Shown piece by piece: positions 1 to 12,522 of a stretch of DNA of 58,577 nt. Each line of letters begins with the position of its first letter. The first letter of the stretch is position 1. The translations under genes and the position numbers were made by a program. Below the pieces are notes generated by a model. It made no database searches, had not been told where the DNA came from, and saw only the letters and a list, made by a program, of their open reading frames with translations. Origin of the DNA: an uncultured Mycoplasmatota bacterium (GTDB taxonomy: Bacteria; Bacillota_I; Bacilli_A; RF39; UBA660); contig CASEIJ010000046.1 of the NCBI GenBank assembly GCA_949288035.1, positions 1-58,577 of the forward strand. Direction: 5' to 3'.

Positions 1-35
1 CAAGATCCATATGTCATTGAATAAAAAATAAAGAC

Positions 36-812
36 TTACGAATAAGTCTTTATTTTTTTGTTTTGGTATTGATCTATCATGTGGTGTATTAAATGTTTTA
101 AATATTGATTTCTATGTTTTTTCCACTGAAAGTTATTATGTATTAGCATCATTTTCTCATCTAATAAACCGGCTTTATTAAGTGATATATAAGCATCTTG
201 GTATGCTTTACGATATAGTTCATGATTGGTTGTATTGATTTCGTTTTTTCTTTTTTGTAATGATTCATTCATACGTTTTGTACTTCTCATAACTAATAAA
301 AAATATTCATCTTCATTTTTGTGGATTCTTTGATATACTTGTTTTAGTCTATTTTCTTTTGGTAGTTGTAAAATATTTTGATTAGAGAATACTTCTGGAT
401 CTCTATCTTGTGCTACAACACCTTTTTTTATAAAATAACGAACAATTGATGATTTACCTGTTCCTTTGGCTCCTTCTACAATGATTCTAAAAGGTTGTAT
501 ATGTTCTAAAATAGATTCATTTGATTGATAATATTCATGGTTTGTTACATCAATCAGTCCTTTTTTATTTGTGTTTCTTGTCTGTTCTGGAATGAATGTA
601 CTTAAGTCATCTGTTTCACTTGTCACAGTAACAAGGACTAAATGGTGTGGTAATTTATAGTAATCGATTATGACATTTTTATCATTATCTAAAAAGAAAT
701 AACGGTTATAATCTTCATATTCTTCCATTTTTATATATTGAATTGTTTTTAAATAGCTGTCAATTCCTCCAGAACATCCTATTCTAGTTGCAACATATTT
801 TTTCTGATACAT
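36..812 (-). CDS. hypothetical protein with C-terminal P-loop (nucleoside/nucleotide kinase-like) domain
   Basis: 258-aa ORF; IIVEGAKGTGKSS Walker A motif in the second half; GGGGGA RBS upstream on the minus strand. Confidence 0.55.
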   Translation of the reverse strand: MYQKKYVATRIGCSGGIDSYLKTIQYIKMEEYEDYNRYFFLDNDKNVIIDYYKLPHHLVLVTVTSETDDLSTFIPEQTRNTNKKGLIDVTNHEYYQSNESILEHIQPFRIIVEGAKGTGKSSIVRYFIKKGVVAQDRDPEVFSNQNILQLPKENRLKQVYQRIHKNEDEYFLLVMRSTKRMNESLQKRKNEINTTNHELYRKAYQDAYISLNKAGLLDEKMMLIHNNFQWKKHRNQYLKHLIHHMIDQYQNKKIKTYS

Positions 813-898
813 ATGTTATTCCCCCTTTTTGCACATAGTATTCTAATAAAAAGTGCCTTTTTTGTCAAATTGAGGTATAATGAATTTGAGGTGATTGT

Positions 899-1456
899 GT
901 GAAAAAAATTGTATTTGCAACTACGAATCAGTTAAAGTTGGATATGGCCAGATATGTATTAGAGCCACTTGGTTTTGAAGTAATCGGACAGAAGATGAAG
1001 AATTTACCAGAAATTCAAGCAGAATCAATTGAAGAAGTAGCGATTTATTCATCTCAATATGCGCATCGTGAATTAAAGTGTGCGGTTTTAAAGAATGATT
1101 CTGGATTGGTCATTCCAGCTTTGAATGGATTTCCATCTCTTTATAGTAATTATGTGGAAAAAACTTTAGGAGAAGATGGTATTTTAAGATTAATGGAAGG
1201 AATAGACGATCGAAAAGCTTATTTTTTAGATGTATTAGCTTATACAGATGAAGAAGGTAATACAAAAACATTTGAATCAAAGTCATGGGGTACGATATCT
1301 AAAAATAAAGAAGGTAATATGGGAATAGGGTATGATTTTATTTTTATTCCTGATGGACAAGAACATACTCTAGCTTGTTTTACAGATGAAGAGAAATTAC
1401 CACTCTTTAATTGTGATGCATATTCTAAATTAGGAGAATGGTTAAAAGAGAAATAG
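899..1456 (+). CDS. rdgB: non-canonical purine NTP pyrophosphatase (Ham1/RdgB family)
   Basis: FATTNxxK, EIQ, DSGLxIPALNGFP and GxGYDFIF motifs; GAGGTG RBS and TATAAT upstream. Confidence 0.85.
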   Translation: MKKIVFATTNQLKLDMARYVLEPLGFEVIGQKMKNLPEIQAESIEEVAIYSSQYAHRELKCAVLKNDSGLVIPALNGFPSLYSNYVEKTLGEDGILRLMEGIDDRKAYFLDVLAYTDEEGNTKTFESKSWGTISKNKEGNMGIGYDFIFIPDGQEHTLACFTDEEKLPLFNCDAYSKLGEWLKEK

Positions 1457-1460
1457 TAGT

Positions 1461-1802
1461 CTATTTCTCTTTTTGAATCCATGTCATAATGATATTTATA
1501 ATATATTCTTGTTCTTGTGGTGTTAATGGATGTCCTTTTTTGATATGATGCCATTTTTCTAAACATCCTCTACAACATGTTGCTGTCGCATGCTGTGCGA
1601 TAAATACAGGATGTCCTTTCATGGGTGTTTGTTTTCCATCATTTGGAATGACTGCCGGAGCTAGTCTTTTTTTAATAAAGTCTCTGGCATGACTTTCGAT
1701 GGTATCCATTCCTTTTTCTTGGATATATATTTTTTCTTTCTCATGGAGATGCCATTTACTACGAAATTTTGATTTTTCTAATCGATACCAAATATCGTTC
1801 AT
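1461..1802 (-). CDS. DUF4186 family protein
   Basis: NDGKQTPMKGHPVFIAQHATATCCRGCLEKWH signature. Confidence 0.85.
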   Translation of the reverse strand: MNDIWYRLEKSKFRSKWHLHEKEKIYIQEKGMDTIESHARDFIKKRLAPAVIPNDGKQTPMKGHPVFIAQHATATCCRGCLEKWHHIKKGHPLTPQEQEYIINIIMTWIQKEK

Positions 1803-1919
1803 ATTACCACCTTTTACATTATAACATTTTCTTGGTAATTTTTTCTATTTGTGGTATCATATAACGTACGTTTATTGATATCAAGGGGAATTTATATTAT
1901 AATGAAAAGAGGTGGTTTT

Positions 1920-2892
1920 ATGTGGCAGATTGGTGATGTGAAGATACAAAATCAAGTTGTACTTGCTCCTATGGCAGGGGTGTGTAATAGTGCTTATCGG
2001 AAAATTGTTAAAGAAATGGGTTGTGGATTAATCTATGCGGAAATGGTTAGTGATAAAGCCATTACTTATGGAAGTAAAAAGACCCGTGAGATGCTATTTA
2101 TGGAAGAAGTAGAAAGACCAATTACCCAACAGATTTTTGGAAGTGATAAAGAATCTTTTGTTACTGCTGCCAAATATATTTATGAAACCATGAAACCAGA
2201 TATTATCGATATTAATATGGGATGTCCTGTTCCTAAAGTTGCGGTAAAAGCACAAGCAGGAAGTGCTCTTTTGAAACATCCTGAAAAAGTAAAAGAGATT
2301 GTCAAAGCGGTTGTCGATATTGTTCCAATTCCAGTGACGGTAAAAATACGTATTGGTTGGGATAGTGAACATATCAATGCAGTGGAGATTGCAAAAATAT
2401 GTGAAGAAGCTGGTGTCAAAGCAATTGCTGTACATGGTAGAACAAGAAGCCAAGGATATTCTGGAACAGCTGATTGGAATATTATTAAACAGGTAAAAGA
2501 AGCTGTTTCTATTCCTGTGATTGGGAATGGAGATATTAAAACTTGTTATGATGCGAAAAAGATGTTAGAAGAAACTGGTTGTGATGCAGTAATGATTGGT
2601 CGTGGTTGTCTTGGTAATCCGTGGTTGATTAGAGATTGTGTAAATTATTTAGAACATGGTACAGAACCAATACCAGTTACGATAGAAGAACGTTTTTTGA
2701 TGATTGAAAAACATATGAATTATTTATTACAAATCAAACCTGAGAAAGTTGCAATCTTAGAACTTCGTACTCATGCAGCTTGGTATTTAAAGTATGTACC
2801 TCATAGTAATCAATTAAAACAGGCATTATTTGGGGCCAAAACCAAAGAAGAAGTGTTAAAATTATTAAAAGAATTTAAAAAGGAGAATGGCT

Positions 2893-2909
<17 letters not shown>
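1920..2909 (+). CDS. dusB: tRNA-dihydrouridine synthase B
   Basis: [23 protein letters not shown] and MIGRG motifs; start moved to ATG 1920 after a GAGGTG RBS. Confidence 0.93.
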
Positions 2910-4979
<2,070 letters not shown>

Positions 4980-4993
4980 AAAGAAGGAAAATT

Positions 4994-6172
4994 ATGAAAA
5001 TATTGTCAGTAAACTGTGGTAGTTCATCTTTAAAGTTTCAAGCTTATGAAATGCCTGAAGAAAAAGTATTAATTCAAGGTACATTTGAACGTATTGGAAT
5101 TGATGGTGGATTTTATACATTAAAATTAAATGGTGAAAAGATAAAAAAAGAAGTAGATTTATCAAATCATGAAGTAGCGGTACAAATTTTAGTACAAGAA
5201 TTATTAGATCATCATATTGTAGAATCTCTAGATGAGATTAAAGGAATTGGACATCGTACTGTACATGGTGGAGATAAATTTAATTCAAGTGTTTTAATTA
5301 ATGAAGAAGTAATGGAAAAATTACAAGAATTAATTCCACTTGCACCTCTTCATAATCCTGCTGGAATTACAGGAATTCGTGCATTTGAGAAAATGATTCC
5401 AAATGCGAAAGCAGTTGCTGTATTTGATACTGCTTTTCATCAAACAATGCCAAAGGAAAATTACTTATATTCTGTACCAATGGAATGGTATGAAAAGTAT
5501 GGAGTACGTAAATATGGATTCCATGGAACAAGTCATAAATATGTATCACAACGTATGAATGAAATTTTAGGTAGAACAGATACAAAACTTATTACTTGTC
5601 ATATTGGTAGTGGAGGAAGTGTTAGTGCTGTATTAAATGGTAAATGTATTGATACTTCTATGGGATTTACACCAAATGCAGGCATTATGATGGGAACACG
5701 TTCTGGAGATATTGATTATTCAATGATTCCATACGTAATGGAAAAATCTGGTATGTCTTTACAAGAGGTAGATAATATTTTAAATAAACAAAGTGGTCTT
5801 TATGGTATTAGTAAAGGAAAAAGTGATGCAAGAGATATTGAAGATGGTATGGCAGCTGGAGATGAATTATGTAATCTTGCACAAAAAATGTATGTAAAAC
5901 GTGTTGTTGAATATATCGCAAAATATTATGTATTATTAGATGGATGTGATGCCATTGTATTTACTGCTGGACTAGGTGAAAACTCTAGTTTAACAAGAAA
6001 ACAAATCATGGATTCTCTACATGCACTTGGTGTAAAAGTAGATGAAAAAGAAAATGATATGCGTGGAGAAGAAAAGATGGTAAGCGCACCTGATTCTAGT
6101 ATTCCATGTTATGTGATTCCAACAGATGAAGAAGTTATGATTGCTAGAGACACTTATGATTTAATTAAATAA
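4994..6172 (+). CDS. ackA: acetate kinase
   Basis: NCGSSSLK, GHRTVHGG, APLHNP, YGFHGTSH, FTAGLGEN and IPTDEE motifs. Confidence 0.97.
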   Translation: MKILSVNCGSSSLKFQAYEMPEEKVLIQGTFERIGIDGGFYTLKLNGEKIKKEVDLSNHEVAVQILVQELLDHHIVESLDEIKGIGHRTVHGGDKFNSSVLINEEVMEKLQELIPLAPLHNPAGITGIRAFEKMIPNAKAVAVFDTAFHQTMPKENYLYSVPMEWYEKYGVRKYGFHGTSHKYVSQRMNEILGRTDTKLITCHIGSGGSVSAVLNGKCIDTSMGFTPNAGIMMGTRSGDIDYSMIPYVMEKSGMSLQEVDNILNKQSGLYGISKGKSDARDIEDGMAAGDELCNLAQKMYVKRVVEYIAKYYVLLDGCDAIVFTAGLGENSSLTRKQIMDSLHALGVKVDEKENDMRGEEKMVSAPDSSIPCYVIPTDEEVMIARDTYDLIK

Positions 6173-6195
6173 AGGCTTGTAGATACAAGTCTTTT
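6172..6195 (+). terminator. intrinsic terminator after ackA
   Basis: AAGGCTTGTA-GA-TACAAGTCTT hairpin followed by a T run. Confidence 0.7.
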
Positions 6196-6248
6196 CTTGA
6201 CACTAAAAATAATATCATTTAAAATGAGAGATAGAGAAGAGTGAAATT

Positions 6249-7217
6249 ATGTTTAAGAGGTCTATTTATCAAAAAATATATAAGAAAATTAAGAAGTATC
6301 ATACGATTGTCATTGCTAGACATGTAGGGCCAGATCCTGATGCTTTAGGTTCTTCTTTAGGATTAAAACAAGCTATTTTAAATACATTTCCAAATAAGAA
6401 TGTATATGTTGTTGGATGTCCTGCTAGTAAGTTTCGTTATTTAGGGACATTAGATAATTTTTCTGAAGAAATGTATCAAGATAGTTTGTTGATAGTATTA
6501 GATACTCCAGATGCGAAAAGAGTAGACGGTGTAAATCCACATAAATTTCAAGATAGTATTAAAATTGATCATCATCCATATGTTGAAACATTTTGTCAAT
6601 TAGAATGGATCGGAGAAGATTATAGTAGTGCATCAGAAATGGTGTTGGAATTAATATTTTACTCTAAATTAAAAATGAGTTTAGAAGCTGCAGAAAAGTT
6701 ATATGTTGGACTTGTTGCAGATACGGATCGTTTTATGTTTAAAACATCAAATGCTCGTACTTTTGCAAATGTATCAAGATTGTTAAAAGAAACTGATTTA
6801 GATATTACAAAGATATATCCTCATTTATATATTAGACCATTAAAAGAAATTCAATTTCAAGGATATCTAGCGAGAAATTTAACTGTTACAGAACATGGCT
6901 TTGGTTATGTAAAATTACCACAAGAAATATTAGATGAAGAACATGTAGATGCTGCAACCGCTGGAAACGCAATTAATAATTTTAATTTTATCGATGAAAT
7001 TGTTGCTTGGGGCTTTTTTTCCTATGATAAGACAACTGGATTAATTCGTGGTAGTCTTCGTTCTAGAGGGCCTGTGATTAATGAGATTGCGCAAGAATTT
7101 GGTGGGGGAGGCCATGCTATGGCAAGTGGATGTCGCTTACATAGTTTTGAAGAAGTCGATGAGATGATAAAAGCATTAGATAAGGTATGTGAAGACTATC
7201 AAGAAGCTAGTAAATAG
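6249..7217 (+). CDS. nrnA: DHH-family bifunctional oligoribonuclease/pAp phosphatase
   Basis: HxxPDPDAxGS, IDHH, DTDRF, SLRS and GGGGH motifs. Confidence 0.9.
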   Translation: MFKRSIYQKIYKKIKKYHTIVIARHVGPDPDALGSSLGLKQAILNTFPNKNVYVVGCPASKFRYLGTLDNFSEEMYQDSLLIVLDTPDAKRVDGVNPHKFQDSIKIDHHPYVETFCQLEWIGEDYSSASEMVLELIFYSKLKMSLEAAEKLYVGLVADTDRFMFKTSNARTFANVSRLLKETDLDITKIYPHLYIRPLKEIQFQGYLARNLTVTEHGFGYVKLPQEILDEEHVDAATAGNAINNFNFIDEIVAWGFFSYDKTTGLIRGSLRSRGPVINEIAQEFGGGGHAMASGCRLHSFEEVDEMIKALDKVCEDYQEASK

Positions 7218-7309
7218 TTTCTTTTTTGAAAGCCAAAAAATTGTATACTTACTACTTGCAAAATGTTTATAAATCAGTTATAATACCCTCTTAAGAAGAG
7301 GTGATTGTA

Positions 7310-7762
7310 ATGGCAGAATATACTACACGTACTAAAACAAATGTCAAAAAGATGGATCAAAAAGAAATTTGTCAAAAGATGGATACACCTGCAGTAAGAG
7401 AGAGTGCATTATCATATATGACAAAAATCACACAACAACAAGTACAAGATTGTGGTTATTATTTTGTAAAGCAATATGAAAAGGTAAAAGATCAAGGCAA
7501 GAATGTTTCAAAAATTCAATTAAAACGTTATAATCCAGAGGTAATGATGTATGGAAGCCAAGGAACAGATTATATTCCATACCCAGATGAATTTCTTTTA
7601 ACGGATATAGAAGCAAATAGAGGAGAAGGAAACCCAAAATTATATCAAAAGATATCATTTAAGAATACTGCTGCCTATCTTTTATATCAAGTATATTATG
7701 GTAATATTGTTCCAGATGGATATACATATGATAGTTCAAAACAACGTGTTAAAAAATTGTAA
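7310..7762 (+). CDS. hypothetical protein
   Basis: ORF with GAGGTG RBS and TTGCAA..TATAAT promoter; no recognisable motif. Confidence 0.6.
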   Translation: MAEYTTRTKTNVKKMDQKEICQKMDTPAVRESALSYMTKITQQQVQDCGYYFVKQYEKVKDQGKNVSKIQLKRYNPEVMMYGSQGTDYIPYPDEFLLTDIEANRGEGNPKLYQKISFKNTAAYLLYQVYYGNIVPDGYTYDSSKQRVKKL

Positions 7763-7799
7763 TAAAAACTAGGATATGATTCTATAGTAAAATCATATC

Positions 7800-8666
7800 C
7801 TAGTTTTTGTATGCATTTACTTGTAATGTTTCTAGATTGATAATAATTGTTTCATCTTCTGTAGAAAAAGTTTTCGCATCTTTTCTAAATTGTTTTATTC
7901 TTTTTAAATAAGTAGATGTATTGATAATATAGTCTTTGGTATTCGTTGTAACAGTAATTGTGGGTAATAGTTGTTCTAATGTTTTATTTGTATTACAATT
8001 ATCTAATCCATGATGTGCTGATTTATAGACATCTACGTTTTTTATTTTTTTAGCAATCTCATAATTACATAATATTAGTTTTTTTTCTTCTGTTTCATAA
8101 TCAGTAAGATCACTTGCTAAATATATTTTTTTATCTTGATATGTTAATAAAATACCACAACTATTAAAATTTTCACTAATTTTATATTGATGATAATATG
8201 GATGGTTTTTGTCTTCAAAAATGCTTTTTAGTTTATTTTCTGTATTGTATAAATGAAGCTTTATTTGTTTCCAATTTATTATTTTTAATGTATGGGTAAT
8301 TTCGATGAAATGACTCTTTTTTTGTATTTTTTGACATAATTTTTGGTAATAATTCATTTCATTTTGACGATAATGCTCATCGGAAATTTGTCCAGTGGCA
8401 GTTTTACCATCTAATCCACTATATGGTTTTATATATACTGTTTGAATGAAAATGGTGTCGAGAAGTGCTTCTAAACTGCCATAATGATCGCGATGAAAAT
8501 GAGTAATGAAAATAAAGTCTAATGATTTAATATTCCTTTCTTTTAAATATTCAATGATTTCTTCTTTTTGATTTTCATAACCCGTATCGATCAGTGCATA
8601 TGTATTATCTTGTTCTAATAAAATGATATCACTCCATACGGTCTTTAAAAAATGGATACGTTTCAT
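7800..8666 (-). CDS. MBL-fold metallo-hydrolase (ComEC/Pce-like)
   Basis: LIDTG, THFHRDHYG and AHHG motifs. Confidence 0.85.
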   Translation of the reverse strand: MKRIHFLKTVWSDIILLEQDNTYALIDTGYENQKEEIIEYLKERNIKSLDFIFITHFHRDHYGSLEALLDTIFIQTVYIKPYSGLDGKTATGQISDEHYRQNEMNYYQKLCQKIQKKSHFIEITHTLKIINWKQIKLHLYNTENKLKSIFEDKNHPYYHQYKISENFNSCGILLTYQDKKIYLASDLTDYETEEKKLILCNYEIAKKIKNVDVYKSAHHGLDNCNTNKTLEQLLPTITVTTNTKDYIINTSTYLKRIKQFRKDAKTFSTEDETIIINLETLQVNAYKN

Positions 8667-8832
8667 ACTTTTATTCTAACATGCTTTTTTCAAACTAATA
8701 CTTTTTTTCACATTCTTATTTACTTTTTATTGACAAATGCCATAAAAAAAGAGTTATTAGTAGATGTGAATTGGTGCTTTTTCTTTTATAAAAAACATGT
8801 TATAATGGTATATGAATGATAGGAGAGATGCT

Positions 8833-9937
8833 ATGGAGATTTATGAAATAACAAATAACTATCAAGATTTTAAAAAAAGAATATTAGATTTATGGAGGTC
8901 ACTTTGAAGCAAATCATACATCTGATAGAGTGAAAGAATTAGAAGAAAAAACAACTGATCCTCATTTTTGGGATGATAGAAAAAAAAGTCAAGCTGTTTT
9001 TGATGAATTAAATGCATTGAAGAAAAGTGAAGAATTAGTAACAAAATTAAAACAAGAGATTGAAGATAATATAGAAATGATTCAATTGTTAAAAGATAGT
9101 CCGGATTCTGAATTACAAGAGATGTTATCTTCTTCGGTATTAGATGTAAAAGAGCGTTTAGAATCATTAGAAATTACTTTGTTATTAGATGGTAAATATG
9201 ATAACTTGGGAGCTATTTTAGAAATTCATTCTGGTGCTGGTGGAACAGAAGCTTGTGATTGGGCTAATATGCTTTATCGTATGTATACGAGATGGTGTGA
9301 ACAACATGGTTTTAAAATAGAAGAAGTGGATTTAGAACACGGAGATGAAGCGGGAATTAAAAGTGTAACAGCTTTGATTACTGGTATCAATGTCTATGGA
9401 TATTTAAAAAGTGAAAGAGGTGTTCACCGTCTAGTACGTATTTCCCCATTTGATTCAAATAGTAGAAGACATACATCATTCGCATCGGTTGAAGTAACCC
9501 CTTTATTTAATGGAAATGATGTTGATATTGAAATCAAAGACTCCGATTTAAAAATCGATGTATATCGTTCCAGTGGAGCAGGTGGACAACATGTAAATAA
9601 AACGGAAAGTGCAGTAAGAATTACGCATATTCCAACAGGTATCGTTGTTACTTGTCAAAATGAGAGAAGTCAAATCCAAAATAGAGAACGTGCGATGGAA
9701 GTATTAAAAAATAAATTATATCAATTAGAATTACAGAAAAGAGAAGAAAAACTACAAGAGATGAAAGGTGATATGAAAAAAATTGATTTTGGTAGTCAAA
9801 TTAGAAGTTATGTCATGCATCCTTATAGTTTAGTAAAAGATCACCGTACGAATGCTGAAAATACAAATGTACAAGATGTATTAGATGGAAATATTGATTT
9901 GTTTATCAATGCTTATTTAAAAAGGAGGAAGGGATAA
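8833..9937 (+). CDS. prfB: peptide chain release factor 2, translated via a programmed +1 frameshift at 8902-8908
   Basis: 24-codon first ORF (ATG 8833, AGGAG RBS) ends GGAGG TCA CTT TGA; the +1 frame continues into an ORF with SPF and GGQ motifs. Confidence 0.95.
8894..8908 (+). promoter_or_regulatory. prfB +1 frameshift cassette (internal SD + CTT TGA)
   Basis: GGAGG-TCA-CTT-TGA-A matches the established RF2 autoregulatory architecture. Confidence 0.9.
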
Positions 9938-10818
9938 TGTTCTTTCAAAAAAAGAAATTATTTGATGAAAATATTATAAAAAATATTTATAAAAAAGATC
10001 GTGTTGTGAGATATTTTCAGTTTTTTGTTGGAGCATTGTTAGTAGCACTTTCTTTTAATTTATTTATTTTGCCTAATAAAATCGTATATGGAATGAGTGG
10101 TGTTGGTGTTATTTTAAATGCCACATTAGGCTTAGATCCATCGATGGTAATTTTAATTGGTTCTTTGATTTTATTAGTTATGAGTTATTTTCTTTTAGGA
10201 AAAGAAAAAACTATGAATTCTATTTTAGGATCAATTATAGTTCCTATTTTTATGAAAGTAACGGAATTTGTTCCTCAGTATATTCAAATAGATACAACAG
10301 ATCCTTTGTTATTAACTTTGTTTGGGGCAACTATTACAGGTTTTGGAATGGGGCTTGTATTTAAAGCAGGATATACAACAGGTGGAACTGATATATTAAA
10401 TCAAATTGTGTCAAAATATTTTCATATGTCACTTGGAAATGCCATGTATTGTACGGATGGATTAATTGTTGCTAGTTCATTCTTCTTCTTTGGAGCAACA
10501 AAATTACTTTATTCTATTATGTCTTTATATATTGTTAGCATTATGACAGATAAAGTAATTCTTGGTATTTCTAGTTCTAAGGCATTTTATATTATTACGG
10601 ATCATGAGACAGCTGTTAAAAAATTTATTATGGAACATTTATCTCATGGGGTAACTGTTTTAGATGGTAGGGGAGGATTTACTGGCAATCATCAAAAAGT
10701 AATTATGTGTATTATTCCTACCAAAGAATATTTTGTTGCCAAGGAAGGAATTCGTGAAATAGATAACAATGCCTTTTTCCTTGTTACAGATGCTTATGAA
10801 GTAAATGGTGGAGAATAG
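9937..10818 (+). CDS. YitT family membrane protein (YvjA-like)
   Basis: Multiple TMs, GYTTGGTDI, C-terminal GVTxLDGRGGFTG..IDxxAF; lies between prfB and ftsE as yvjA does in B. subtilis. Confidence 0.88.
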   Translation: MFFQKKKLFDENIIKNIYKKDRVVRYFQFFVGALLVALSFNLFILPNKIVYGMSGVGVILNATLGLDPSMVILIGSLILLVMSYFLLGKEKTMNSILGSIIVPIFMKVTEFVPQYIQIDTTDPLLLTLFGATITGFGMGLVFKAGYTTGGTDILNQIVSKYFHMSLGNAMYCTDGLIVASSFFFFGATKLLYSIMSLYIVSIMTDKVILGISSSKAFYIITDHETAVKKFIMEHLSHGVTVLDGRGGFTGNHQKVIMCIIPTKEYFVAKEGIREIDNNAFFLVTDAYEVNGGE

Positions 10819-10876
10819 AAAATATTGGAAGTAAAGAATTGATAAAAGGATAGTATAATGAAAGATGGGTGGTTAT

Positions 10877-11572
10877 ATGGATTTAATACGTATGAAGAAT
10901 GTAAAAAAGAAGTATCGTAATGGTGTGACAGCAATTTATGATCTAAATTTAAAGATAAAAAAAGGTGAATTTGTCTTTGTAATTGGTTCTACCGGATGTG
11001 GTAAATCGACATTAATTAAGATGCTTTATCGTGAAGAAAAACCAACAAGTGGACAAATCATTGTCGGTGGTTTAGATGTAGGAAAATTAAGAAATAGTAA
11101 AGTTTATAAATTACGTCGTAAGTTAGGTGTTGTATTCCAAGACTTTAAATTATTACCAAAGAAAACTGTGTATGAGAATGTAGCATTCTCATTAGAAATA
11201 TTTGGTTTACCAAAAGATGAGATATATTCTAAAGTTGTAAAAGTACTAGATCTTGTTGGATTAAAAAATAAAGCTAAGAATTATCCAAATCAATTATCAG
11301 GAGGAGAACAACAACGTGTTGCAATTGCTAGAGCCATTGTCAATGGGCCGAAACTTCTAATTTGTGATGAGCCAACTGGTAATTTGGATGAAGCAACAAG
11401 CATGGAAATAATGAATGTCTTAGATGCAATTAATAAAATGGGAACAACAATTATTATGGTAACGCATGATACAGAAATCGTAAATAAGATGAAAAAAAGA
11501 GTCATTTTATTAGACACTGGTCGTGTTTTGAAAGACTATAAGGAGGGAACATATACACATGAAGGCATTTAG
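10877..11572 (+). CDS. ftsE: cell division ABC ATPase FtsE
   Basis: GSTGCGKST, VVFQDFKLL, LSGGEQQR and DEPTGNLD motifs; adjacent to ftsX. Confidence 0.93.
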   Translation: MDLIRMKNVKKKYRNGVTAIYDLNLKIKKGEFVFVIGSTGCGKSTLIKMLYREEKPTSGQIIVGGLDVGKLRNSKVYKLRRKLGVVFQDFKLLPKKTVYENVAFSLEIFGLPKDEIYSKVVKVLDLVGLKNKAKNYPNQLSGGEQQRVAIARAIVNGPKLLICDEPTGNLDEATSMEIMNVLDAINKMGTTIIMVTHDTEIVNKMKKRVILLDTGRVLKDYKEGTYTHEGI

Positions 11573-12458
11573 AATATTAAGTAGAAATATTAGAGATTCA
11601 TTTCAAAGTGTATTTCGTAATTTCTCTTTGTCACTTGCAAGTATTTCTTGTATTACCATTACATTGTTAGTTGTATCTATTTCGATGATTTTATCTGTAA
11701 ATGTCAATAATTTTGCTACACTAGTAGAAAAAGATGTAACAATTGTAACATTTCTAGATGTAAATATTTCAGATGAGAAAATTAAAGTAGTAGAACAGGA
11801 AATTAAAAGATTAAGTAATATTGAAAGTATTACATTTCAATCAAAAGATGAAATTACAGAAGATATGAAAAGTTCTTCTGATACATTTAAAGCGATTATG
11901 GATGAATGGAGTGAAGATGAAAATCCACTTCAAGATACTTATTTAGTAAAAGTAGAAGATATTAACAAAATTGCTAGTACTGCAAAAAAGATTAGAGCAA
12001 TTGATGGTGTTGATGTAATTAAATATGGAGAAGGAATGGTAGAACAGTTAGTTGCTGTATTTGATGTTGTTCGCAAAATTTGTCTAGGAATGGTAGTTGC
12101 TCTGATTATTGTAACGGCATTCTTAATTTCTAATACAATTAAAATTACCATTTTCTCACGTAAACGTGAAATTGAAATCATGCGTCTTGTTGGAGCAAGT
12201 AATTTAAATATTAAAATACCATTTATATTTGAAGGATTATTCCTTGGAGTGATCGGATCCATTATTCCAATTATCGCAACAATATATGGTTATACAGTAT
12301 TATTTGATAACTTTAATGGTCAGTTATTCTCACCATTTATTAAATTAGTAGAGCCACAACCATTTATTTTCTTATTATCAGGTATTTTAGTTATCATTGG
12401 TATTTTAGTAGGTATGTTTGGTAGTTGGCGTGCAGTTAGAAAGTATTTAAAAATTTAG
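11559..12458 (+). CDS. ftsX: cell division permease FtsX
   Basis: 4-TM layout with a large extracellular loop (NPL), ISNTIKITIFSRKREIEIMRLVGA. Confidence 0.93.
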   Translation: MKAFRILSRNIRDSFQSVFRNFSLSLASISCITITLLVVSISMILSVNVNNFATLVEKDVTIVTFLDVNISDEKIKVVEQEIKRLSNIESITFQSKDEITEDMKSSSDTFKAIMDEWSEDENPLQDTYLVKVEDINKIASTAKKIRAIDGVDVIKYGEGMVEQLVAVFDVVRKICLGMVVALIIVTAFLISNTIKITIFSRKREIEIMRLVGASNLNIKIPFIFEGLFLGVIGSIIPIIATIYGYTVLFDNFNGQLFSPFIKLVEPQPFIFLLSGILVIIGILVGMFGSWRAVRKYLKI

Positions 12459-12477
12459 AAGCTTCGGCTTCTTTTTT
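12457..12477 (+). terminator. intrinsic terminator after ftsX
   Basis: AGAAGC-TTCG-GCTTCT hairpin plus T tract. Confidence 0.85.
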
Positions 12478-12522
12478 GTTCTAAAAATATATTTATAACA
12501 TATTCTGAAATGGGGGTATGTT

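Noticed and set aside
8930-9937. N-terminally truncated or pseudogenised prfB as shown in the ORF track
   Set aside because: Explained by the programmed +1 frameshift from the ORF starting at 8833.
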